In this document: in pieces, positions 50,401 through 62,400 of the stretch
Layout: each line of letters starts with the position of its first letter
Numbering within the stretch: the first letter of the stretch is position 1
Made by a program: the position numbers and the translations under genes
Source: Lama guanicoe
Taxonomy: Eukaryota
Direction: 5' to 3'
DNA: 64,000 nucleotides
Assembly: GCA_013239625.1 (NCBI GenBank)
Contig: MU054001.1
Span: forward strand, 4,132,167 to 4,196,166
Notes under the pieces: generated by a model
Seen by the model: only the letters and a program-made list of their open reading frames with translations
Told to the model about the DNA's origin: nothing
Databases searched by the model: none

Positions 50401-53400
50401 CAAGATACTGAATAAAATTGATATTTTAATGGAAGCTGATTTAGAGTAGTTTTTTTTTTCTGTTTCTAGGGACATCTTCTAAAATAGAGAATAAATTGGC
50501 TTGTCTAGAAATACTAAAGAGAGGTTTAATTACACTTTCTAGTTTGATGAAAGTCAGTTGCTCCATGAGTTCACTTTGGCTGTATTTGTTTAACATATTT
50601 TCTTCAACTTTAAGAAGAAAGAAATTTAAAATGTTAAAGTAAAGGTATTCCAGGCCACCAAGGTGATGTATATGCCTAATGTTATAGTTGAAGCTTTTTC
50701 CCTCTTTAATTAGCCTTGGTTTATGTTGATTTGAGAGTTATACTTTCCATTTTAATCTTCCAAAGAAAAGAACGATGTGTTTTTTTTCAATTTGCTCTGT
50801 ACTAAACCATCATGAACTTAACTGATTTAGGTAATATCAGCTATAGCTTTGTTTTTTCTGTTCTGTTTTCTGTTTCTGTCAGGTTGCGGTGTTCACCTGA
50901 CATAAGGGCTAGATAGACCCTATTCAGTTACAGAAGGAAAACTGTAGACAGTTAACATTATCTTTACTTGGGCTCTCTTTTTTTCATCCACATTGATCAG
51001 CTGAAATTTATGAATAACTAACACCAGCATTTAATTCTATCTTTACTATCAACTTGAATGTACAGATAATATTTCACTTGCTCTGAAAAAACTGAATTGT
51101 TTCAGAGAAATGGAGATTTTTCCCAACTTTTCATCTGGTGAAAATTAGGCTAGAACTGTTCGTTTCAGCATATTTCTGACCTTATTATTGCTTAATGGAA
51201 AATTTTTCAGTTTTTTTTTCTTTTTGTGAATAGTTTTCCTCTGATCTTTCTCTTATGATGACAGGAAGGAGTAAAAGTATGCCCACTAAATGTTTTTGAG
51301 CAAATGGTTAAGATTTATCATAATTGAAACAAACAAGTATTTTTAATTTTTTGGAGTTTTCTACATTACTGCATTTTTTTTTTTCCTCAGGAAAATTCAG
51401 TAGCCCATTGTAATATTTATTAGCTTATCCAGCTCATTAGGCTATTCAGAGCTATTTGTTTTTTTGTTTTTTGTGTTTTTAATTACATGAAAATTAGGCA
51501 GAAAGGTCATTCAGCTTTGTGAATGGCCAAGTGCCAATAGACAAAAGTCCAGTAAAACCTAACACATGACAGTTAAGATTCATGGACTCCACAAATTGTC
51601 TTAACAGATTACACTTGTAATCGGTAGGATAATCTAGTACTTTCTGGCCAGTTGAAGGCCCAGTGGTCATTTAACGTGCATAGTCATCTAGTGTCTCCCT
51701 TCACTTGCCACTCCTCCCCCCAAATATATATTTGATAATTCATAATGGAATGGAAGTTTTTCAGAATATGTATAACAACAGTTCTTAACCTGGGGTCTTT
51801 TGGGTAGCCATGGGTGAACCTTTAGGGGGACCGAGAACCTTACAAAATTACATAAAAAATTTTGTGTTCACCTCTGTATGTATACTTGAGGAGGGAATCC
51901 ATAGCCTTCATCAGATTCTTAGGGATCCAGGACCTAGCAAAATCCTGATTAGAGACTTGGCCAAGAATTGATGATCCATATATATTCATCTATTTTAGAT
52001 ACAATATCAAATTTATTGTGACCCTTGAATCAGTCTTCTCATGCATTCTTTTTTTTAATTGAACTGTAATTGATTTACAATGTTTCAAGTGTACAGCAAA
52101 GTGATTCAGTTATTTATATATGTATTCTTTTTCAGATTCTTTTCCATGATAGATTATTAATAAGATATGGAATATAGTTCCCTGTTTTCATATGCCTTTA
52201 AATAATATTTAGTCTACCTGTTTACATTAAGTGTTTTAAGTCATCGTCACTAGTTATTAAATAATAGGGCTTGAATGTTTTAGGTTTGGGGGAGAAATTT
52301 GGGGGGTCAGATTCTTTTTTGTTGAGTTTTTATCATTTTAGTAAGGCCTTGGCATAATCACTGTACTTTTGGTTATACAATGTATAAATTACATAACCAT
52401 GAAAATATGCAGTGGAATTGAGTTCTCCAGCACATGTGCATACTTTGAAATTTAAACCAAAAGTACAGTTTTGATAATTTGCCTACTCCAGTTACATGTT
52501 GCAACTCTTTGAAGTTGTATGGTTTATTTCTTGTTGGCATGATTTTACAACATTCTGCAAATTATGTTTAACTTATAATAGTATCCAAATACTTAAAAGA
52601 AAATTAGTGTAAATGTTTTGCCATTTTTGCTCAGTTAATTTGAATTTGGTGGAAAATATTGTAATAATTTAGCATTGACTCAGTTTTCAGTCAAGATCTG
52701 AAATAAAATATTTAATTCATAAATGGAAAATTTAAATGTTTGTTTTGTGGGGGAAGGGTATAGATGAGTGGTTGAGTATGTGCTTAGCATGCATAAGGTC
52801 CTGGGTTCAATCTTTAGTACCTCCATTAAATAAATGAGTAAACCTAATTACCCACACACACACAAAAAACTAATTTTCGAAAAAGCCTTTTAAAAAGTTT
52901 ATTTGAAAGCTAAGAATATTTTTTAATTAAATGAACTACTCAGTTAAAATTATTAAGTATAAGGTAGAAGTGTTTTCTTCTCATTCTTTTTGTGTGCAGT
53001 AAGATCATACTGAGGAAACCCATTTTAAAATTTCACCCTGAACTAAAATTTTTATAGTTACTATAGAATGTTTAAGAATTTTGTAAAGGAATATAATAGG
53101 ATGTTTAAATTGATTTAGCAGTGTTTGCTTTCTTAGTGATTTTTAAAGCATAGTAAATTGCTATTAATGTTGTTTAATAAACAATAAAAGAAAAGGATAG
53201 GGGTTTTGTTGTTGTTGTTATTTTTAATTTTTTGAGGACCTGCATGATTTCAAACCAGGACAGAAGGGTACTTTGTTTCATTTTAACGCATTTCCCCTTT
53301 ACTATTTTCTTTGCAGGATAACTTCAAACTAATGTGTACTAATGCTATGATTTACAATAAACCAGAGACCATTTATTATAAAGCTGCAAAGAAGCTATTG

Positions 53401-56400
53401 CACTCAGGGATGAAAATTCTTAGCCAGGTAAAGGAAATTTTTTCTCATAAATAATAATTATTATAAAGTTTGTATCCCTTTGTTTTTTGGTCTGAGTGAT
53501 ACAGATCTAGTACAGTACTGGTTTTATAGGCAGGTCATATTAAAGTAGGAAATATTAAATGAAAAAAATTTAACATAAGAAAATTAAAGCAGGAAGAGTC
53601 TCATTTGGAATTGATACAAATAAATATTGGCATTCACTTGTAATTATTTATTTAGAGGCTTTTGAATTGGTATTCACTAGATAGACTTACGTTTGCTGTG
53701 AAAGAAACATTAACTTGAGTTCCCGGATAGGATAGATTAGATGCGTAATGAAATCTTGTAGGAGGAAAGTGCTCTTATTTCCCTTTGTAGGGGTGGAATC
53801 TAACTTTCTGGTGAAGTACAGGAGTTGAAGAAAGCAAGAAACAAAATATACTAATGAGCAATAACTTGAAATTGTCTCAAAGCCACCTCCCCACAGGAGC
53901 AGACTCTCCCTTGAAGGACAAGAACTGGTGCATAGTAAGGCGTTTGAGGTGAGAGAGACGTGCACAGAGACACAGACACATCATCAGGCTTCATGAGGGA
54001 GCTTAAACGAGATAACTTAGTCAGAACAGAGAGACTGTACATAGGAGTGAAAGTTCTAGGAGCTTCCCCTCGGAGCAATGGCTGATGAAAGACCTTGAAG
54101 GGTAAATTTATGGTTGTATACATCTACTGTGAGAAAGGAGCACTCACAAAATAAGTCACTTCTTTTGAGGTTTTACTCACAGCTCTGAGTAAGATGGGAA
54201 ATTAACTAAGACATTCCTGGCACTTTACCATGGAAGGAAGTCAGAAGACTACGTTTTAGCTCTTTTCCACTAACTTGTGAACCTTGGGCAAGACATTAAC
54301 CTCTCTGGGCCGCAGTGTTCTCATCTTTAGAGAAGAAGGTTTAATCTGAGATCTCCAAGATGATTGCTAGAATTAATGTGCTGATTCTAGGTAAGAGCTG
54401 GAGTAGGGAGGAAACCAAGAAGGACAAGATAGGAGAGAGATTTTGCAAAGAAGAAATGAGTGGGTATATGGACGTTGGAAGAAGAAAAAAGAAATCAGAG
54501 TCAAGGACTTGAGCTCAGGCTCAGGAGTTAGAGGATAGTAGAAATGAGTCATGTGTAGATGCACATGGTTTTCCAAGTTTTATGGTGATCATTTGTATCG
54601 CAGTTTTACATTTAAAGAATTGCCTTGGTGTGCAGATGTCTGAGTGTCTGTGTGATTGGCTCTGAAAGATTCTTGGATCTACTTAACTGGGGAAAGAAAA
54701 ACATTTGAGAATTGATGATCATCCTTGCACTCCTAATATTTAGACAGCATCAGTTTCCACCCTTTCCTAAAGACTTGAGAAACTAATGTAAGCCCGTTAC
54801 CTGTCTTTGGCGAAATCTGCAGAGAGAAGAGGAACATAAAGTGTTTATCTCAATCTTCGGAGAGAGACTTCGAATCCAAAACCAAGCCATATTCCAGTTT
54901 TTAAAACCTGCTAATACTTTTATTTCATATTTGAAGTAAAAATGCCTCCAGCAAATGCAGTCTTTAGTCACTCCGAAATGTGTACATTGAATTTTTAGGA
55001 TAAAGTTTAATTCGCGGACTATAACATATCCAAAGTAAATTTATCAAGTTTGATTTACCCCTGTTTTCCCATCTCTAAATAATGTAGTTACTATAACATG
55101 CAAAAGATTCCAGTATCTCTTGCGTTTTACTGAAGGTAGGATGGCTGGAAGCAAAGAAAATGAACTTTCTTCTCTACTTTCTCTTTTCTCTCTCGCTTTT
55201 TTCCCTTTTTTCAGATCTTCCTGTTGAGGAGCCCTACCCATCCTGTGCTATAGCTTCCTGTTGACTGTTCTCTCCACCCTAGTTGGGAGGGATCCTTAAC
55301 AGCAGTGATTTTTAAACATTTAACTTTAGACCTTCTGAGTTACTCTTCTAATAGCACATTTCCCAAGAGAGCCCAGCACACCCTTCCATGAATGGTATCT
55401 TTTCAAAGATAACTTGAATTTTCGGTGTAAAGATTATAGAGTGATCTTTCATCATTTTTTTTCAGTTACACACAAATAGTGACTATTAGTAGATATGTTA
55501 TTTTTATAAAGAAAGTACATGTATAGAATAACACTTTTGATCTCCTAAGTATAGTAAATGCTGCATTATAGTATACACAATATTATTTGTAGTGCAGTGA
55601 CTTTGGTTCACCAGCCACTAATTACCAGACTAATCAAGGTTCAAGTCCTGGCTGTTGTTGAGCTGCAATGTGACCTTAGGCAGGCCTCATAACCCTGCTC
55701 AGCCTTTTTCCGGTCATGTAAAATGGCCTAACAGTAGTACTTACCTCACAGAATTATGCCTGGTGTGTGGGTAAGCACTTAGTAGGTATTAGCTATTATT
55801 AACGGCAAAGACTCAAGCCATTTTAGTCATTTGTAAAATTGAGAATTGATATAGTATGCTGATTTAGACATTTTAATGCCAAAACAGAAGGACATCGGTT
55901 TCAGAGTAAAAGTAATGAAACTCACCTTTTTTCTATGATGTATTGAAATTTGGAAAATGTGTCTAATTGAATTATTTTAATTTTACACATACTATGTTTT
56001 TAAAGATTCCCCAAATATTCTTAACTTAGGTTCTGCTTTATAAAATTCTAGAATGGAAATTAAGGAGGTTACCGAGAACTTTGTCGTCTAAGCCCATTCA
56101 TTTAACCAACATCTATTGAATACCTACTATGTGCCAACCTGTTTCAGGTACTAGAAATAAATGAATTAAGAAATGGCTTACGTGACATACACAAGGGGAA
56201 ACACAAAAGGCCAATAAACACATACAGAAATAATCACACTCACTAATATTTTTATGTTATGTTATCTTATGTTAAAATAAGACCTGTTTTTAAAAATCAG
56301 ATTAGCAGTCTTTTTAAAAAATAGTAGTACCATTCAGTTTGCCAGGCATACAGAGAAAATTTCAAACACTGGTAAAAGTTTTAAATACTAATATATAAGT

Positions 56401-59400
56401 TAATATAGCTTTTCTGGAAGGCAGCTTGGCAGTAAGTAGTATTTCATCCCCTTTGACCTAGTGTTTTTTACTTCTAGGATTTATCCTAAAGAGATAGAGA
56501 TTCCTAGAAACTTATTTATAATAATGGAAACTTGGAAATAAGCTAAATGTCCAATAGGAAGTTGTTAATTAAACTATGGGATGCACATGGGATGAAATAC
56601 TATTTAATGATACAGAGGGGAGATGATTGCAATTTATTAACTAAAAAAAAAAATTTTGCTTGTTACAAAATGTCCAGTATAATTCCAGTTTGCTAATGTG
56701 TGTAATCTTTAGAAAAATACTAGAATGATAAACCTGTTAACATTTCTCCTCTCTGAATAATAAATTAACAAGGTTTTTATTTTCTCTACCCATATCTTTG
56801 TCTACAATAAAAAATATTACTTAAATAGTTGTTTTAAAGATTATTTTTACAATATTTTAAAATTATAGTCCAGTAAAAAAGGGTCCATTTGTTGAGGCTC
56901 TCACAGTTCACACTGCTAACACAGCAGAGTATGATGAGGAAAGGCCCCATCATGAGAGGCAAGAGCCCTGGTCTTAGTCACTTTTTCTGTGACCTTAGGT
57001 GCGTCATTTAGCATTTCTGGGCTACATTGTTCTTACTTGAATTACTTCTGGTCCTGTCCAGTTCTTAGTTTTTATTATTCTGTAGAAGTCTTCCCTGCTG
57101 TTGCTATGCAGCCCTAAGGAGACTGCACTCCATATTTTATCCAGTGACAACACTCAGAATTAAAAGGGAGAATAGTCACTAGGAACAAATCTGCCTGTTT
57201 AACATTTGTCCAGAAACCTCAAGCCCTTAACCATGATGAAAATTTCACAGCATATCAGTGCAGTGGAAAATTCAGCACGTTTCACAAAATAAAAACAAGA
57301 CTTTTTCAGTTAGAACATTATATGCTCTGAGAAAGAAGCTATGCTAGCAGCCTTTTGTTCTCCTTGAGGCATGTTTTCACAGAGAGGAATGCCAAAGTCA
57401 TCAGTGACCATCCCTTGGTACCAGAATATAAGGGATCGTCACGTGTTCAGATGCTCCAGATTTTAAATATCTGGTATTTCTTAAATTTCAAAAGAGAACT
57501 CATTCTGTTAAATATAAAATTTTAACATACTATTAAATTAAATTTTACTTTTAAAATATAGTGCTGCAAAGAATACTTTGTCTTTATTCAAAGTTTCTCT
57601 TCTGTGAACTTTCTGATGATGCAGTTAAGTTATAAAAAGCTTTCTCTTATGTCGGAAATGATCTGAATTAAAGGAACAGATATTATTGTCCTGGTTCCTA
57701 AATATTCTACTTTGTTGGTATGATTACATTTAATTGTTTTTCTTCCCTAGTTAATGACAGCATAAGTGCAAACTTGTGGGAAAAAAGAATGCATTACTTT
57801 AAAAATGAATGACAAACATGCAATAAGAATATTCTTGAATATTTGTAGGAGAGAATTCAGAGCCTGAAGCAGAGCATAGACTTCATGGCAGACTTGCAGA
57901 AAAGTCGAAAGCAGAAAGATAAAACAGACACCTCTCAGAGTGGGGAGGACAGCGGCTGCTGGCAGAGAGAGAGGGAAGACTCCGGAGACGCTGAGGCACC
58001 AGCCTTCAAGAGCCCCAATAAGGAAAATAAAAAGTAAAAAATCTTTGAAATACTAGGGTTAAGCAGTCTTTTTCAAGCCAGTTAAGGGGGGAAAATACTG
58101 ACTGGGGCCCTGCCTTAGGTCGGTGGTGGATTGGGTTTTGTCATGAAAGTCCATTTTGATGATATGATACCCCTATTCTCATACAGAGCACTATATAGAA
58201 TTAGCCCAACACAGCTCAGAAAATAGTTCTGAATATGTATTCTTTATGAAAGTAGTTTTAAAACCAATAAATTATCTTTAGAGATCTTTAGAGTCAGTGA
58301 GTTTATTTTAATAGAACTATCTGTTTAAGAAAAAAAGTGTTTTCATTACCTTTTTCTATGAAGGAATTGAGAGTACTTTTAAGCCTAAGCACAGTTAAAG
58401 CTACTTTCTAAACAGATGGGCTGTCACTGGGATGTGTGCGTGTTTTCCACTCAATGTCAGTTGGTAGGAGCAGTAATGAACCACTGGTCCTACCAGGCAG
58501 CAGCTGGCACGGCCAGATGCAGTCATGTATGTCCCACTCGCACCATAGCCCACCAGCCCTGATGCCCAGCACTTTGCTGTCAACTCTGGGAGGGGGTTGT
58601 AGTTAACAGTTTGGGATTTCTGCTGTCATAATGCAATGGAGATAAACTTGTGGCAGGGTTTTGCTATATTTCTAAGACTTAATACATTTTTAAATGTATG
58701 TTTATTTTAAATTTAAATTTTAAAAATTGAACTTGAAACAAATTATCAAACAAATTGTGCGCCCCTTCTTTAAAATATATTTGAGGTAGAGTTCATTTTT
58801 ATGAACATACTAAGAAAAGCATTTAAAGCAAATAACACTGGACACAAAAAGGGAAAGAACTAACCAGTATACTTGGTTTGCCTTATTAGTTGTGTGTTAT
58901 CAGGGCCCCTTACCAGACTGTTAAGGAACAGTTTTAATTGGTGTCAGTAGTACAGATGTCTCCTCTACTTTAACTGTACTCATTTTTGGAATTACATTTT
59001 AATGTTTTCATCTTACTCTTTTTTTTTACTTAGTATTAATGTGTGTTTTCAGGAAAGACAAAGATGTACTTGAAGATAAATTTAAAAGCAACAATTTAGA
59101 AAGAGAGCAGGAGCAGATTGACCGCATTGTTAAGGAATCTGGAGGAAAGCTGACCAGGCGGCTTGCTAATAGTCAGGTGATCGAGCTTTTCCTTTCTTTT
59201 CATTACCTACTGATTTCAGGTTGTCTGAAACTTTTAAGTTTTTAAGTTTCTTGTGTACTTTTAATCCGTATCTGCCATAGAACTCTTTAGGACCACACAT
59301 AGAAGAAAAAGTAATAATGTATTTGTTTGTAAAAGTACATGATTAATATTATCCTCTATTACTGGGTAGAAGGACTTGGGGTTTGTTTTGTTTTTTTTTT

Positions 59401-62400
59401 TAAGTGAAGTTAATGTGTTCTAAAGTTGGAAAATGAACCATGTACTTTAAGCTTAAAAGAAAGCGTTTATCACTGGTCTTTTGCAATCATATTGTTTACA
59501 CATTGTTTCTAAAACCAAATGAATTAATACATGACTTTGGGCAAGGTACTCCCCTTCCCTAGTATTCAGTGTCCTTTTTTAATAATGTAAGCAGAACTAG
59601 GTGGCCTTAATGACCCACACAGCTCTTTAAATTCTGAGATTTCTCTAACCTTCACTTCTTTAACCCACTTGTGTACATAGAGACAGGTATGAAAGTTGAT
59701 ATGAGTGTAATGATGGAGCCACCTATAATACTAGTTTGACTAAGGTAAGGTTTTCTGGTGAGCTATATATGTATCTGTATATGGTATATAAAACTGTTTA
59801 TACCAACTGAATACTTTGGGTCATTGCAGTGTGAATTTGAAAGGAGGAAACCAGATGGAACAACAACACTGGGTCTCCTGCATCCTGTGGATCCTGTTGT
59901 AGGAGGTACGTTCACAAAATCAGACTGTGCATGAACTTGATGCTACCTAGGTTAACGTTTTAAAGCAACAAGTCTGAATATTGTTAAACCCAACTATATC
60001 ATTATCCACAATGAACTTGGCCAGGCATTGTGTATTTCATGGTAACAGCTGGCCTAGCTTTATTTTATCCCAAAATAGGTACAGCAGATCAGCTTTATTA
60101 AAATATAAAGTTCCTGGAATATCATATTCACCATTAACAAAGCAAAATATTAATTTCTAGCCCTAGGTTTAAGAGACTGTGGGGTAAAGACTCCGTTATT
60201 TCTTTAAGTATCTCAAAGCCCTCAGATCATGGCATAATAAATTTAACTGACATTTTAATTTCAGGGAATAGAATGAATATATATACCATGCAGTACCTTA
60301 ATGGTAATGGAATAATGTATATGTCTTCCCTGTGGTTGATAGGAAGTTTATTAAGGTTGGGAATCACTGTTTTAGAACCTCGGTCATATTTATATTTTCT
60401 CAAATGATATGTTAATGGAGAGAATATAGGGAATATTTTGAAATTTTTTTTAACATTTTTATTGATTTATAATCATTTTACAATGTTGTGTCAAATTCCA
60501 GTGTTCAGCACAATTTTTCAGTCATTCATGGACATATACACACTCACTGTCACATTTTTTTTTCTGTGATTTATCATAACATTTTGTGTATATTTCCCTG
60601 TGCTATACAGTGTAATCTTGTTTATCTATTCTACAATTTTGAAATCCCAGTCTATCCCTTCCCACCCTCTACCCCCCTGGTAACCGCAGGTCTGTATTCT
60701 CTGTCCATGAGTCTATTTCTGTCCTGTATTTACGCTTTGTTTTTGTTTGTTTGTTTGTTTCTTAGATTCCACATATGAGTGATCTCATATGGTATTTTTC
60801 TTTCTCTTTCTGGCTTACTTCACTTAGAATGACATTCTCTAGGAGCATCCATGTTGCTGCAAATGGCGTTATGTTGTCGGTTTTTATGGCTGAGTAGTAT
60901 TCCATTGTATAAANNNNNNNNNNNNNNNNNNNNNNNNNNNNNNNNNNNNNNNNNNNNNNNNNNNNNNNNNNNNNNNNNNNNNNNNNNNNNNNNNNNNNNN
61001 NNNNNNNNNNNNNNNNNNNNNNNNNNNNNNNNNNNNNNNNNNNNNNNNNNNNNNNNNNNNNNNNNNNNNNNNNNNNNNNNNNNNNNNNNNNNNNNNNNNN
61101 NNNNNNNNNNNNNNNNNNNNNNNNNNNNNNNNNNNNNNNNNNNNNNNNNNNNNNNNNNNNNNNNNNNNNNNNNNNNNNNNNNNNNNNNNNNNNNNNNNNN
61201 NNNNNNNNNNNNNNNNNNNNNNNNNNNNNNNNNNNNNNNNNNNNNNNNNNNNNNNNNNNNNNNNNNNNNNNNNNNNNNNNNNNNNNNNNNNNNNNNNNNN
61301 NNNNNNNNNNNNNNNNNNNNNNNNNNNNNNNNNNNNNNNNNNNNNNNNNNNNNNNNNNNNNNNNNNNNNNNNNNNNNNNNNNNNNNNNNNNNNNNNNNNN
61401 NNNNNNNNNNNNNNNNNNNNNNNNNNNNNAGGTTTATTGTATCTTGTCTTATGTTTAAGTCTTTAATCCATTTTGAGTTGATTTTTGTATATGGTGTAAG
61501 GGTGTGTTCTAGCTTCATTGTTTTACATGCTGCTGTCCAGTTTTCCCAACACCATTTGCTGAAGAGACTGTCTTTATTCCATTGTATATTCTTGCCTCCT
61601 TTGTCGAAGATGAGTTGACCAAAAGTTTGTGGGTTCATTTCTGGGCTCTCTATTCTGTTCCATTGGTCTATATGTCTGTTTTGGTACCAATACCATGCTG
61701 TCTTGATGACTGTAGCTCTATAGTATTGTCTGAAGTCTGGGAGAGTTATTCCTCCAGCCTCTTTCTTTCTCTTCAGTAATGCTTTAGCAATTCTAGGTCT
61801 TTGATGGTTCCATATAAATTTTATTATGCTTTGTTCTAGTTCTGTGAAATATGTCCTGGGTAATTGGATAGGGATTGCATTAAGTCTGTAGATTGCCTTG
61901 GGCAGTGTGACCATTTTAACAATATTGATTCTTCCAATCCAAGAGCATGGAATATCTTTCCATTTTTTCATATCTTCTTTAATTTCCTTCATCAATGGTT
62001 TATAGTTTTCTGTGTATTATTCTTTCACCTCCTTGGTTAGATTTTGAAATTTGATGTAAGAATGGGAAATTTTTGTCATTCTGAGAGAGGAGAAATCATA
62101 AGTTGTGATAAGCAAATATGAGAATATTGTTTTATAAATACCTGTTTTCATACTGTCATGAGGAGAGAGATAATTGGAGATACAAAAATGAATTATGACA
62201 GTTAGGAAATAGTCTCCAGTACTTACTGTTTTGCTATGAGCAAGGCTCTGTATTAGGAGCATGAGGTACAGCTAGGTGTACAAAGGGAACAGAACAGGAA
62301 GAGACAAGTCCCTTCCTCTTGCGTCCTGTGGGGTGGGGAAAGGAGGACACAAGCAAAAATAATGTAAACCTTGTCCACCACGAATCAGTACGACAGAGGA

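Noticed and set aside
60820..61995. 391-aa and 255-aa ORFs
   Set aside because: Inflated by the N gap. The real part is L1 ORF2, and the residues after the gap are in the wrong frame.
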